Both the position numbers and the translations under genes were made by a program. From contig WGAI01000053.1 in NCBI GenBank assembly GCA_015489175.1, positions 9,519 through 73,518 of the forward strand: a stretch of 64,000 nt of DNA, read 5' to 3'. Source of the stretch: a candidate division WOR-3 bacterium. GTDB taxonomy: Bacteria; Hydrothermota; Hydrothermia; B15-G9. Below the pieces are notes generated by a model. The model worked only from the letters and a program-made list of their open reading frames with translations. It was not told the DNA's origin and did no database searches. Shown piece after piece: positions 28,605 through 38,000 of this stretch (position 1 is its first letter; each line of letters opens with the position of its first letter).

Positions 28605-30336
28605 TCCTTCTCCTTCTGGCGATCAGTGCGAATATAACCACGAGTGAGATGTAAGAAAGTGCACCTATCATCGAGCTAATCCCAACTTCGATCTCAGATT
28701 CGAGCTCAAGATTCACTCCAAGGACAACGAGTATCGCTACCAAGATGCCCATCAGCGCATCTCCTGCAACCAGACCGGAGGCGTAGAGCGTGCCGTCATC
28801 GTGTCTCAGGAAGTGCGACAGCATACCGCCTACAAAGAGCGGCGTCGAGAGCTCGACAGGCAGGTAAAGTCCAACTGCTACGGGCAGGGAATCCACACCT
28901 AACAGTTCAACCACCATCGCTATCGCCATCCCGCTGAGTATCAACACCCAAGGCACAGTGCCGCTCATGACGCCTTTGACCACCATCGACATTATGGTGG
29001 CCTGAGGAGCTGACAGGTCACGCGAACCGATGTGATAAGCCGTATCCAACAGTTTCAACACATAGCCAATTACCAGAGCCACGAACAGAACACCCAACAA
29101 CTCCGCAACCTGCTGTTTCCACGGTGTAGCACGCACGAGGTAGCCGGTTTTGAGATCCTGCGATGTGTCGCCTGCGATCGCAGCCGCTATGCACACAACT
29201 GCGCCGAATGTCATGGCCAGCAACATCGCTTTAGTGTCTCTCATACCCATTGCGGCAAACAGGAGGGAAATGGCAAATAGTGCTGCTATTGTCATGCCGG
29301 ACACGGGGTTGGACGAACTGCCAACTATTCCCACAATCCTTGAGGATACGGCTACGAAAAGGAAGGCGAAAATAACGAGCAAAATCGAAAGCCAAAAACT
29401 AAGCCCGAGAAGCAATGGCATCGCCATTATCACAACAGCTAAACCTCCAAGCACATAGGCCATTGGCAGATCACGACTTTTCCCAAAACTCAATGACACC
29501 TGTCCCAACGCTCTCAGGATGTATTTTGCGCTTTTCCCAAGGCTCACAAGGCCGCCCATGAGGACCGCACCAGCGCCTATAAACCGCACCTCATGGCTCC
29601 AGATCGAGAAAAGGTCATCGGCGGAGGCCACGCTGACGCCCGAAAATCGGGCTATGATAGGTATCAGAACCGCCCATCCGAGAAGCCCACCCGCGATAAC
29701 CAGAGACGAAATTCTCAGCCCGAGTATGTATCCGACGCCGAGCAGTGAAGGCGAGAGGTCGATGCCTATGTAGGCATTATAACCTCTTATGAGCATTCCG
29801 GGCGCCATCCCAAACAACTTCAACGCCGAACCCAGAAACTTGAAGATCCCGCCAGCTGTAAAACCGAGGAATACCAACTTCGCCTTTTCGCCTCCCTCTT
29901 CTCCCGCTTCAAGCACCTCAGCACATGCTGTGCCCTCAGGGTATGGCAAAACTCCATGTTCGTCCTCTATCAGGTGTTTCCTGAGCGGAACCATCAACAA
30001 AACGCCAAGGATACCGCCGATAAGAGACACCACAAATGTGAAATAGACCGATGCATCCAGGCCGAGTAAAATGACTGCCGGTATCGTAAAAATCACACCC
30101 GCAGCGAGCGATTCTCCGGCCGAAGCTATGGTCTGAACGATGTTGTTCTCGAGTATCGTTCCGCGCCGCAGGAGCCCACGCAAAATCGCCATCGAAACCA
30201 CCGCTGCCGGAATGGAAGCGGAAACCGTCATGCCTATGCGGAGGCCCAGATATGCATTTGCCGCTCCGAAAACAACGGCAAGCAAAACTCCGAGAACGAT
30301 TGCCCTCAATGTGAACTCTTTGCCAATCATGAGCAT
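28594..30336 (-). CDS. OPT-family oligopeptide transporter
   Basis: 580 aa, polytopic (about 16 TM). OPT-like N-terminal motif. Overlaps the downstream permease by 11 nt. Confidence 0.65.
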   Translation of the reverse strand: MLMIGKEFTLRAIVLGVLLAVVFGAANAYLGLRIGMTVSASIPAAVVSMAILRGLLRRGTILENNIVQTIASAGESLAAGVIFTIPAVILLGLDASVYFTFVVSLIGGILGVLLMVPLRKHLIEDEHGVLPYPEGTACAEVLEAGEEGGEKAKLVFLGFTAGGIFKFLGSALKLFGMAPGMLIRGYNAYIGIDLSPSLLGVGYILGLRISSLVIAGGLLGWAVLIPIIARFSGVSVASADDLFSIWSHEVRFIGAGAVLMGGLVSLGKSAKYILRALGQVSLSFGKSRDLPMAYVLGGLAVVIMAMPLLLGLSFWLSILLVIFAFLFVAVSSRIVGIVGSSSNPVSGMTIAALFAISLLFAAMGMRDTKAMLLAMTFGAVVCIAAAIAGDTSQDLKTGYLVRATPWKQQVAELLGVLFVALVIGYVLKLLDTAYHIGSRDLSAPQATIMSMVVKGVMSGTVPWVLILSGMAIAMVVELLGVDSLPVAVGLYLPVELSTPLFVGGMLSHFLRHDDGTLYASGLVAGDALMGILVAILVVLGVNLELESEIEVGISSMIGALSYISLVVIFALIARRRRNEK

Positions 30337-30418
30337 ATTTTAAAGAAATTTCTGGTTGACAAACAACAAATCGGTTGAAAGAACGGGAATCTTACGCAAA
30401 ACAGATTGGAAGTGGGAC

Positions 30419-30835
30419 TCAGTCGAGTGAATTTAGGTATTCCTGAAGTATCAGATGGGCGGCGAGCATGTCAACTTTGTGCTTTCTGCGCGACGGTTTC
30501 TGTCCGGTCTGACGAATCACATCCTCAGCCATCACACTCGTAAACCTCTCATCCCAGAAAACGATCTCCACATCGATCTCCTGCCTGAGCTTTTCCGCAA
30601 ACTCCTCGACAAGTCCAGCAAGTCGGCCTTTCTCACCCGAAAGCAGAAGCGGCATACCGATAACGATGATGTCAACGCCCCGTTCAGCAACGACCTTCTT
30701 GATCTCCTGTATCGGATCACTGTTGCGGGCATTTATTGTTTTAAGCGGCAGAGCAATTTTCAGGTCAGTATCGCCGATCGCAAGTCCGATCCTCGCCTCA
30801 CCGAAATCGATGCCGAGAACGACCTTATGCGCCAT
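30419..30835 (-). CDS. ruvX: Holliday-junction resolvase-like nuclease YqgF/RuvX
   Basis: 138 aa. RNase H-like N-terminus VLGIDFGEARIGLAIGD. Confidence 0.85.
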   Translation of the reverse strand: MAHKVVLGIDFGEARIGLAIGDTDLKIALPLKTINARNSDPIQEIKKVVAERGVDIIVIGMPLLLSGEKGRLAGLVEEFAEKLRQEIDVEIVFWDERFTSVMAEDVIRQTGQKPSRRKHKVDMLAAHLILQEYLNSLD

Positions 30836-31754
30836 CCTTCCTCCTCGCCATCATCGAGACAGCTATCAAAAAGAAGAACAACTCGACAAGTGTCACCCAG
30901 ATTCTGGCCATAATGGCGACGGCCGAAGCCACAGCCTCGCCGAACCGATCCTTAAGAAACGCAGCCATAAGCCCTTCTCGCACGCCAAAACCGCCCGGAA
31001 CGAACACCGTTATCAACCCAACAATGTAGGAAAAAGCATAAATTGGGATGTAGTCCAGCGTGAAATTGGCTCCCGTTATGCCCCTGACGAACAGTCCGAA
31101 ACCCACGCCGTAGCCGATCCACAAAAAACCGTAAAGCAGTATGAACTCCAGAAGGCTGAGTGTATCCAGATGAACCCTGATCTCAATTCCCCTGATTTTC
31201 TTGCCTATGAAGTTGATCCATTTTTTGAACACGGGCGGATACACCATCAAAATGAGGAACACAACTGTCATGAGCAGGAAGTAAATTGATTCTTTCTTCT
31301 GGGCCAAAACTATAGGAATAGATATGACAAATCCCGCGAGTATCGCAAGCACCTGCGTCAGGATGCTGGCGGATGTGGTAACCTCAGCCGGTATGCCTTC
31401 ACGCTCGCCCATAATAGCGAGGCCGGCGAGCTGCCACACCTTGCCCGGAAGATACCGCCCCATCGCCGAGATCCACCAGATGACAAAAAGTTTGCCGAAA
31501 GCGAGCTCGTAGCCGAACTTCTTTAGCAGCTGGAGCCATACCCACACGCTGAACAGCTGGGTTGCAGCAAAAAACAGGAATGATATGAGGAGCGAAAGGT
31601 AGTCTATTTGCCAGTGGAAGTCCTTGACCTGCTGCCAGTTTACAACTATGCCTCTTATGAGGTAAGCGAATATCGCAACGATGATGGCAACGCCGATGAC
31701 CGTCTTGAAGCCTTTTTTCATAAGGATTCCCGTTTGGCTTCCTCTGCGCTCCAT
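30825..31754 (-). CDS. UPF0104-family membrane protein (MprF/lysyl-PG-synthase-like flippase domain)
   Basis: 309 aa, about 8 TM helices. Confidence 0.45.
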   Translation of the reverse strand: MERRGSQTGILMKKGFKTVIGVAIIVAIFAYLIRGIVVNWQQVKDFHWQIDYLSLLISFLFFAATQLFSVWVWLQLLKKFGYELAFGKLFVIWWISAMGRYLPGKVWQLAGLAIMGEREGIPAEVTTSASILTQVLAILAGFVISIPIVLAQKKESIYFLLMTVVFLILMVYPPVFKKWINFIGKKIRGIEIRVHLDTLSLLEFILLYGFLWIGYGVGFGLFVRGITGANFTLDYIPIYAFSYIVGLITVFVPGGFGVREGLMAAFLKDRFGEAVASAVAIMARIWVTLVELFFFLIAVSMMARRKDGA

Positions 31755-32242
31755 CGAGGGATCAGGCCTATCGTGAGGCGCAGCTCATGACCGCATTTCG
31801 GACATGTCCGTGTTTCTTTGTGGGCAAGGAAAAACAGATGGTTCAGGTTAAAAACCGTTGCGATTATGGCGATCTTGAGGAGCAAATCTGAGTTAAGCAA
31901 GACTGCGAGAAGAGCAGAGCCCCACACGACACCGTTGACAATGGCAAAGCTTATGGCGACGGCTCTCCAGCCGACAAAGAGGGTTCGGAAACCGAAACCG
32001 TTATCAGCCTCTGCGAATGTCAGCTTATGTTTCATCGCTATTCCGACATGCAACTCGCTACCGCAATTGGGACATTTCACCGTGCCGCTGTCTAAAAAGA
32101 CGGCGTAAAGCCACAGGACGAAAACCCCGAACGCAACGGCGATTCCGATCGGCAGCAGTGGTGATTTCAGGCCTTCGGTCAGAATGGTAAAGACCAAGAC
32201 ATCTATGGCGAACATCCTGATGTTCCAGTTCCTCCATCTCAT
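31718..32242 (-). CDS. Membrane protein with two CxxC...CxxC zinc-ribbon motifs
   Basis: 174 aa. CPKCGHEL and CPNCGSEL pairs flank TM helices. Overlaps tsaB by 4 nt and the downstream gene by 37 nt. Confidence 0.4.
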   Translation of the reverse strand: MRWRNWNIRMFAIDVLVFTILTEGLKSPLLPIGIAVAFGVFVLWLYAVFLDSGTVKCPNCGSELHVGIAMKHKLTFAEADNGFGFRTLFVGWRAVAISFAIVNGVVWGSALLAVLLNSDLLLKIAIIATVFNLNHLFFLAHKETRTCPKCGHELRLTIGLIPRWSAEEAKRESL

Positions 32243-32928
32243 TTCAAATCCTGTCCCTTGAGTTTTTTCATTCTGTTGACCACAGCGTCGGGCAACCTGA
32301 GATAAAAAGGCTCAAGCACCTCAGGGTTCTCAAATTCGCCCTTCTCGATAGAGTCCAGTGCGAGTATGCCGACCCACTTTGCTGAGGGCACCATTGGATC
32401 ATGATACGGTCTCGGTTTCAAATCGTGCTTGATGGCACCGCTCCCGACAAAGAAATCCGCTTTTCCCGCTATTTTCTGCGGCTTGTCGATCAGGTAATCG
32501 CTTTTGCGATGCCATTTCTCACCATCTGACTCATACACGGCATAATACACCTCTCCCTTTTGTGCATCTATCGCCGAAATCGCGCGTCTGCCTTCTCTCG
32601 GCTCAACCTCGAAAGCGAGTGCGTCAAGCGTGTTGATAGCAACGATTTTGGTGCCGTGAACGAAGGAAAAGGCTTTAGCGAACGAAAGTCCGACACGCAG
32701 CGCCGTGAAGAAGCCTGGGCCTATAGACAGAGCGATGTAACCGATCTCATCAGGCTTCACATCGGCCGATTTCAGGATGGCATCAAAAAGGATGTTGATG
32801 ACCTCGGAATGTGCGAATTTCCTCCCGCTAAAAGCAGAGGCCAGAAGTTTCTCACCTTCGAGCAGAGCAAGCTCGGTCGTCATGCCAGATGTCTCAATAG
32901 CTAAGACAGGTTCTTTTTGATTATCCAT
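32239..32928 (-). CDS. tsaB: tRNA threonylcarbamoyladenosine biosynthesis protein TsaB (YeaZ)
   Basis: 229 aa. ASKHA-fold N-terminus VLAIETSGMTTELALL. It lacks the Kae1 metal-binding HxxH motif, consistent with TsaB. Confidence 0.75.
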   Translation of the reverse strand: MDNQKEPVLAIETSGMTTELALLEGEKLLASAFSGRKFAHSEVINILFDAILKSADVKPDEIGYIALSIGPGFFTALRVGLSFAKAFSFVHGTKIVAINTLDALAFEVEPREGRRAISAIDAQKGEVYYAVYESDGEKWHRKSDYLIDKPQKIAGKADFFVGSGAIKHDLKPRPYHDPMVPSAKWVGILALDSIEKGEFENPEVLEPFYLRLPDAVVNRMKKLKGQDLK

Positions 32929-33875
32929 GCTGCATCCTCCGGCAAAACAGTGTTAATGTTCACGCCGGTGCCGACTTCAAAGCCAGCGAGCCCGGCTATC
33001 CTCGGCGTTATCTCGATGTGGTAATGGTAATATCTATCTGGCAATGAGTGGATTATGAGGTTGTATGAGAAATTGCCGAGATGTGCCTTCAAAGCCCGCA
33101 CAATCGAGCGGAACAGGGTCGCAATCTGCTTGAGCTCATCGTCGGTGGCCTCACCGAAATCAGGACGATGCTCGATTGGCACTATCCATGTCTCAAACGC
33201 AAATCGGGATGCAAACGGTGTGAATGCGACAAAATCGCGCGTCCTGCCAACCACACGCCTGTCCTGCTCAAGCTCGCTTTGAACCATCTCGCACAGGATC
33301 GGCCGCCTCTTCATCGCCCGCAACTCACGCATGGGATACTCAGGGATAAACGGCATCGCAAGGATTTGAGTGTGAGGATGAGGCAGAGAAGCACCGGCAA
33401 GCGGCCCCCAGTTCCTGAAAATCTGGACATATTTGATGATCTTCCTGCTCCTCAGCTCGTTATAACGCATCTGATACACCTTGAAGACTTCCTTTACCCG
33501 CTCCACAGGGTGGTCCGACAGGTCTGCATCGTGGTCAGGAGTTTCGATGACCAGTTCGTGGTAACCAGTCCCGTCCATCCTCTCGTATATCGAATTTATG
33601 CAGGTTTTGGACGGTTTCTCATCGCCCATGAGAGCAGGATATTTGTTTGGGATCACTCGAATGCGCCAGCCGGAAGTGTCAGGTTGGCGGTTGACGTCAT
33701 GGCTCAAAGCCCATATTTCAGGTGGGGTCATGTGCTCCCGTCCCTCGCAGAACGGGCATCTATCACGGCCACGATCGTGGTTGCCAAAATTGAGCTGTAT
33801 CGGGCGGCTCTGCCTGCCCGGCGCTATGAGAACGCGCACCCCTTTAAGCGGTTCGTATCTGATTTCAGGCTTCAT
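32901..33875 (-). CDS. galT: Galactose-1-phosphate uridylyltransferase-like HIT-family nucleotidyltransferase
   Basis: 324 aa. Zn site CPFCEGRE. Catalytic HPHTQI (HxHxQ) motif. Confidence 0.7.
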   Translation of the reverse strand: MKPEIRYEPLKGVRVLIAPGRQSRPIQLNFGNHDRGRDRCPFCEGREHMTPPEIWALSHDVNRQPDTSGWRIRVIPNKYPALMGDEKPSKTCINSIYERMDGTGYHELVIETPDHDADLSDHPVERVKEVFKVYQMRYNELRSRKIIKYVQIFRNWGPLAGASLPHPHTQILAMPFIPEYPMRELRAMKRRPILCEMVQSELEQDRRVVGRTRDFVAFTPFASRFAFETWIVPIEHRPDFGEATDDELKQIATLFRSIVRALKAHLGNFSYNLIIHSLPDRYYHYHIEITPRIAGLAGFEVGTGVNINTVLPEDAAWIIKKNLS

Positions 33876-33887
33876 AACAACAACTGC

Positions 33888-36350
33888 TTAAAAATTGTAG
33901 AAAATGCTCGCTGACACCGAATAGTAAGGTTCCTTTTCCACGAAATTGTATATTGGTTTTCCGTCGGGGTCGTAAACAGGATGGTCATACAGGCCGACAT
34001 GCGGGTATTCCGTGCTCTTTATCCGATATTTCAACTTCATGCCGAGGTTTGGCGATAGCCGTTCAAGGAAACTTATGTAAAACTTCTGTCCGTTGCCGTA
34101 GAGGAAATCGATACCCGTGTCCTCGAAGATCCATTGTGACATGCCGTTGGTCGTCCAGACGGCCGCGCCCGATTTGAATTGCAGCTTGCGCGAGAAATTG
34201 TGGCTCCATGTCACAGCCACGAAACCTCCATCTATGTCGGCATCGCGATACGACGGCCGAGGCGAAAGTAACACTCTGCCATAGCGGAGCTCAAGTCCGA
34301 TGAAATCCGTGCCGCTCAACACAACAAAGCTGCGCAAAGTTGTTTCCAGCGTCCGCGATTCCGAAACGCCAAGCTTGTTGAAGTTGTGCCTGACCTGAAT
34401 TTTCTGCTTCAGTCTGAACCTGAGCGCATACACAGGTCGATATTCGATCTCCCCCTGAAACCTGTAGTTCCAGAGGCCATCGGTGTTGTCGCGCCATGTA
34501 TCGATGTAAACACGCGGGAATATGATGTTTCTGACGGGCTGGAAACGGGTTTCGACATAGATGCCGGTCTCAGGCTTCGGCAGGGGAAGATCCACAAGTC
34601 CCGATGCCAGAGGATCGGTCAATCTGTATTCCTTTTCGAGCGGTGTGTCAGTGAACCTTCTATCTTCGTAGAACGGCCTCGAATACGGATTGAGATAATC
34701 CGGCTCATAGTGCCTCAACAGCGCGTCCACATAAAAAGTGCTTTGTTGAAGTCGAGCTCTTGCGACGAACGCCGAACCGTGTCCTATCTCCCTGGCGTAT
34801 TCAAACTCGAAGGAGACAGGCATGATGACAGTTCTCGCCTCGATTCCCACGAAGCTTTGTGACCGCCCTCTTGCGGGGTCAGGGAGGGGGAAGGACGGAT
34901 CGCCTTTCAGCGAATCTGCGTCACCGGGTATATCAAGGTCTTCAAATCTGAAGGAGAGCGGGACATTGCGTTCGATTTTCATGAAGTTGACGCCAAACTG
35001 TGTTCCGATGAGCGGACCGTAGGGCAGATTGGCCTTGAAACTACCTCCGTAAACCGTCTCCTGAAATTTCGTTTCGTAAGCGTAAGGCACAAAGGTGGAT
35101 GCGTAGTAGAAAATCGGTTTCCCTTTTCTGTCAGGCACAGCATTACGGGGCGATCTGGAGGCGAACATCATGAAATCAAGCCAGCGGTGAGTGAAGTCTG
35201 CGGCTATTCCCCTGAAGGCGAAACCGTCGGTCGAGGATATGTCACCGTAAAGCCCCTGCGGACGCCAGATGCTCCTCGACCGCGAATCATCCGTGTTATC
35301 CACAAGAAGCCCCTGACCGAGCGCTATGTGATAATTCCCGATGTAAAGCCGTTTAACAGGCCCCCATTTCACAATCCCGATATACCCTTTGACGAGGCCC
35401 CTTGAGTTGCGTCTGCCTTCTTCGATGTAGTTCCTCCTGTATGGACTCGATTCGTAGAGTATGCCGCCCTGAAATTTCGAGTAGCTGTAAAAATTGAGTT
35501 TAACCTTGGAATAAGGGAAAAGCGTCCTGCTTGTGACATCCTCCCTCTCAGACCTGAGCCTCTCGACGAGCGAATCAACCTGAGCCTGAGTCCATCCGCT
35601 GTTCAGGAGTGCGGTTGCGAGCGTAGAGTCGCGCGTTGTATCCGTCAGCTCGGCGATCCTGCTGTAAAGTTCGCTCCCGCCTGTGTAAATTTCATTAGGC
35701 AATGCGCTATACATATAGAACCAGCCTGAGAGAGGACGCGGTCTGAGGTCGGAATAAACGACATAATCGCGCATGTTTCGATAGCCGTAGTATGACAGGC
35801 CAGGCACACGGCGCAGGTCGCCTGAATGCCTGATTCTGAGCTTGCGCGCCCAGCTTACGACAGCCGCCGCATCGATCAGGGAAACCCGATCCAGTGCATA
35901 TAGCTCGTCAACGGTCGCCTTGTTCACATTTATCGGATTGGACAGGAACGAAATCCACTGATCCATTGCGTATTCCGTCGGGCTTTCCTCAGCGGCTCCC
36001 CTCTCACGAACCCGCTCAGCATAATAGGAGAAGTCCCTTCCCGGAACCATTTTGTAAACGATGATGTATTTTTTCCACCGCTTGAGGTCGCCGGGCGTCA
36101 CACCGGGCACCTTCCCAAGCTCGTAATAGCTTTCAAACGGGCCGTGCAATTCCCGATAGACATAGATGGATTCCGCCTTTTCAGGTGGGACATGGTATGT
36201 GTTAAGCACAGAGTCGAGCGGTAAGCCCTTCTGGGAGGCAACTATTTTGGCATCGTCATATCCGATCGGTAGCATTTTTATGGAATCGAGAGGGGCCGTG
36301 TTGATTGAAATCACCGGGAACGCCCACAAAATGGCCAGCAGTAAAGTCAT
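33888..36350 (-). CDS. Large (820 aa) predicted outer-membrane protein with N-terminal helix-hairpin-helix (ComEA-like) motif
   Basis: Signal-peptide-like N-terminus. HhH motif NVNKATVDELYALDRVSLIDAAAV. Long beta-rich region ending in C-terminal ...SIFYNF (aromatic terminus typical of beta-barrels). Confidence 0.4.
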   Translation of the reverse strand: MTLLLAILWAFPVISINTAPLDSIKMLPIGYDDAKIVASQKGLPLDSVLNTYHVPPEKAESIYVYRELHGPFESYYELGKVPGVTPGDLKRWKKYIIVYKMVPGRDFSYYAERVRERGAAEESPTEYAMDQWISFLSNPINVNKATVDELYALDRVSLIDAAAVVSWARKLRIRHSGDLRRVPGLSYYGYRNMRDYVVYSDLRPRPLSGWFYMYSALPNEIYTGGSELYSRIAELTDTTRDSTLATALLNSGWTQAQVDSLVERLRSEREDVTSRTLFPYSKVKLNFYSYSKFQGGILYESSPYRRNYIEEGRRNSRGLVKGYIGIVKWGPVKRLYIGNYHIALGQGLLVDNTDDSRSRSIWRPQGLYGDISSTDGFAFRGIAADFTHRWLDFMMFASRSPRNAVPDRKGKPIFYYASTFVPYAYETKFQETVYGGSFKANLPYGPLIGTQFGVNFMKIERNVPLSFRFEDLDIPGDADSLKGDPSFPLPDPARGRSQSFVGIEARTVIMPVSFEFEYAREIGHGSAFVARARLQQSTFYVDALLRHYEPDYLNPYSRPFYEDRRFTDTPLEKEYRLTDPLASGLVDLPLPKPETGIYVETRFQPVRNIIFPRVYIDTWRDNTDGLWNYRFQGEIEYRPVYALRFRLKQKIQVRHNFNKLGVSESRTLETTLRSFVVLSGTDFIGLELRYGRVLLSPRPSYRDADIDGGFVAVTWSHNFSRKLQFKSGAAVWTTNGMSQWIFEDTGIDFLYGNGQKFYISFLERLSPNLGMKLKYRIKSTEYPHVGLYDHPVYDPDGKPIYNFVEKEPYYSVSASIFYNF

Positions 36351-36352
36351 AC

Positions 36353-37246
36353 TTACCTCCTAAATCCGATTGTAAATGTGTGGGTTACGGGGAAAGACGG
36401 CACGATGGTAGCAGAGTAATCGAACCTGAACCCTCTAAACCTGGAGGTAAAGCCTGCCGAAAAGCTCAGATAATCTCCTTGCGACTGAACGCCGCCCCTC
36501 AAAATAAACCTTCCAAGCTCCACGGATTGACCTATGGCAACGGTGACAGGCATATCGTATTCCTTCCTTATGTCAACCGATGTCAGGGTGTTCCTTGTGG
36601 GCCTCAATGCAACCCCGAAGGACAGCGATGATGGCAGTCGGTAGCCCTTCCCATCGGCGGTCCGCAAAGTGGCCCCGCTTATGTTTTGTCCGAACAGGCC
36701 AACGCTCCACTTCGAGTAGAAATGGGCTATAATGCCGATGTCCATACCGAGTGCGCTCGTCGGATTAAAGCGAGGCATAGAAAGTCGGTAATAGTTGAAT
36801 TTCATACCGAATGCTACCTTATCGTTCATCGGAATGGCAGCGCCGAGGGCAAGTATCTGCTCGCCGTAATCGCCGTTGTAATCGCCAGAGAGCGAAGCGC
36901 CGTAATCGTTGAAAGCCATTCCCACACCAACATCCCCGATTTTTCTAACGAATCCTACAAGCCCATCACGGAGCTGAGAGTCCATGCCGCCGAACGGCTT
37001 TTCGTAGGAGATCAGCAGATCAGTAGTGTTATCATCCATCTTCAGTCCGGCAGGGTTCCAGAAAAGGGCATCTGCGCCGTATGAGATCGCAGTGAATGCT
37101 CCACTCATGCCCCTCGGATAAGCCGGCAACTGCTGCCATTCAAATGCCGCATAAGATGTGCCAACAAAGAGAAGCAAAGCAAGTATCTGTTTCATAAATA
37201 CCCTCCTTACATTTTCATCGAGAGACCGTCGTAAAATATACAGCAA
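36353..37246 (-). CDS. PorV/FadL-like outer-membrane beta-barrel protein
   Basis: 297 aa. Signal peptide MKQILALLLFVGTSYA. N-terminal signature GAFTAISYGADALFWNPAGL. Stop lies 2 nt before the start of the 820-aa gene. Confidence 0.5.
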   Translation of the reverse strand: MLYILRRSLDENVRRVFMKQILALLLFVGTSYAAFEWQQLPAYPRGMSGAFTAISYGADALFWNPAGLKMDDNTTDLLISYEKPFGGMDSQLRDGLVGFVRKIGDVGVGMAFNDYGASLSGDYNGDYGEQILALGAAIPMNDKVAFGMKFNYYRLSMPRFNPTSALGMDIGIIAHFYSKWSVGLFGQNISGATLRTADGKGYRLPSSLSFGVALRPTRNTLTSVDIRKEYDMPVTVAIGQSVELGRFILRGGVQSQGDYLSFSAGFTSRFRGFRFDYSATIVPSFPVTHTFTIGFRR

Positions 37247-37263
37247 AAAGTGCGGAAAGGATT

Positions 37264-37758
37264 TTATTTCAATGCATGAAGGAACCGCCTGATGTGATCA
37301 ATCAGCGCCTTCCTCTTGACGATGGCAGTCACCGTTCCCCAGACAATGGCAAAGACGGCCAGTGTCCGCTCATTTGACCATACGGTATAAAATGTCATTA
37401 GTATCCCGCCGAATGAAAAACTCATGAAAACCGCATCGTTGCCCGTGACAGCGAACATCAAACCCCATGCGGCCCCGTAAAGCAAAACAAAAATCGAAGA
37501 ATAGGCACCGTAATGTATGGTTACCCATATTAAACCCGAAATCACAAGGAATATGTCAGCAATGACATCAAGATCCTTAAGTTTACCGTGCCCCTGCTTG
37601 CTTTTTCGGGCAAGATAGCCATCAAGGTTGTCGGACAACCAGCCCCCGAAATAAAGCGTTGCCGCTAAAACAATACTTGAACCGTCCAGAACGGAATAGC
37701 TTATGAGAGCAATTGCCAGCAAAAACCGCAGAATGGTGAAAAGATCAGCGATGATCAT
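37264..37758 (-). CDS. CDP-alcohol phosphatidyltransferase-family membrane protein (short form)
   Basis: 164 aa. Motif DNLDGYLARKSKQGHGKLKDLDVIAD approximates D(x2)DG(x2)AR...G(x3)D(x3)D. Confidence 0.5.
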   Translation of the reverse strand: MIIADLFTILRFLLAIALISYSVLDGSSIVLAATLYFGGWLSDNLDGYLARKSKQGHGKLKDLDVIADIFLVISGLIWVTIHYGAYSSIFVLLYGAAWGLMFAVTGNDAVFMSFSFGGILMTFYTVWSNERTLAVFAIVWGTVTAIVKRKALIDHIRRFLHALK

Positions 37759-38000
37759 GATGGCTCAATTATATGGTCGATCACCCTGAGTTAGTAAGCA
37801 TTTTATTCATTTTTTGCGCATATTTAAAGTTGATTTTATGACAAATTCGGCTTATTCTACGGAGAACCATAGCAAGGGGGTGGAAGTTAAGATGTCAATT
37901 CATTTCCCTTTTTCAGATGTATCTGATGTTTGGGAGTCCCCACATCTTTTCCCACCATTTTTAATGTGCAAAACCAACAACCTTTCAGGAGGTGATTTAT

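Noticed and set aside
36353-37246. Calling the 297-aa barrel specifically PorV/LptO of a type IX secretion system
   Set aside because: The NPAGL signature is shared by the whole FadL/PorV/UPF0164 superfamily. No other T9SS core gene is in the window. I kept the generic PorV/FadL-like call.
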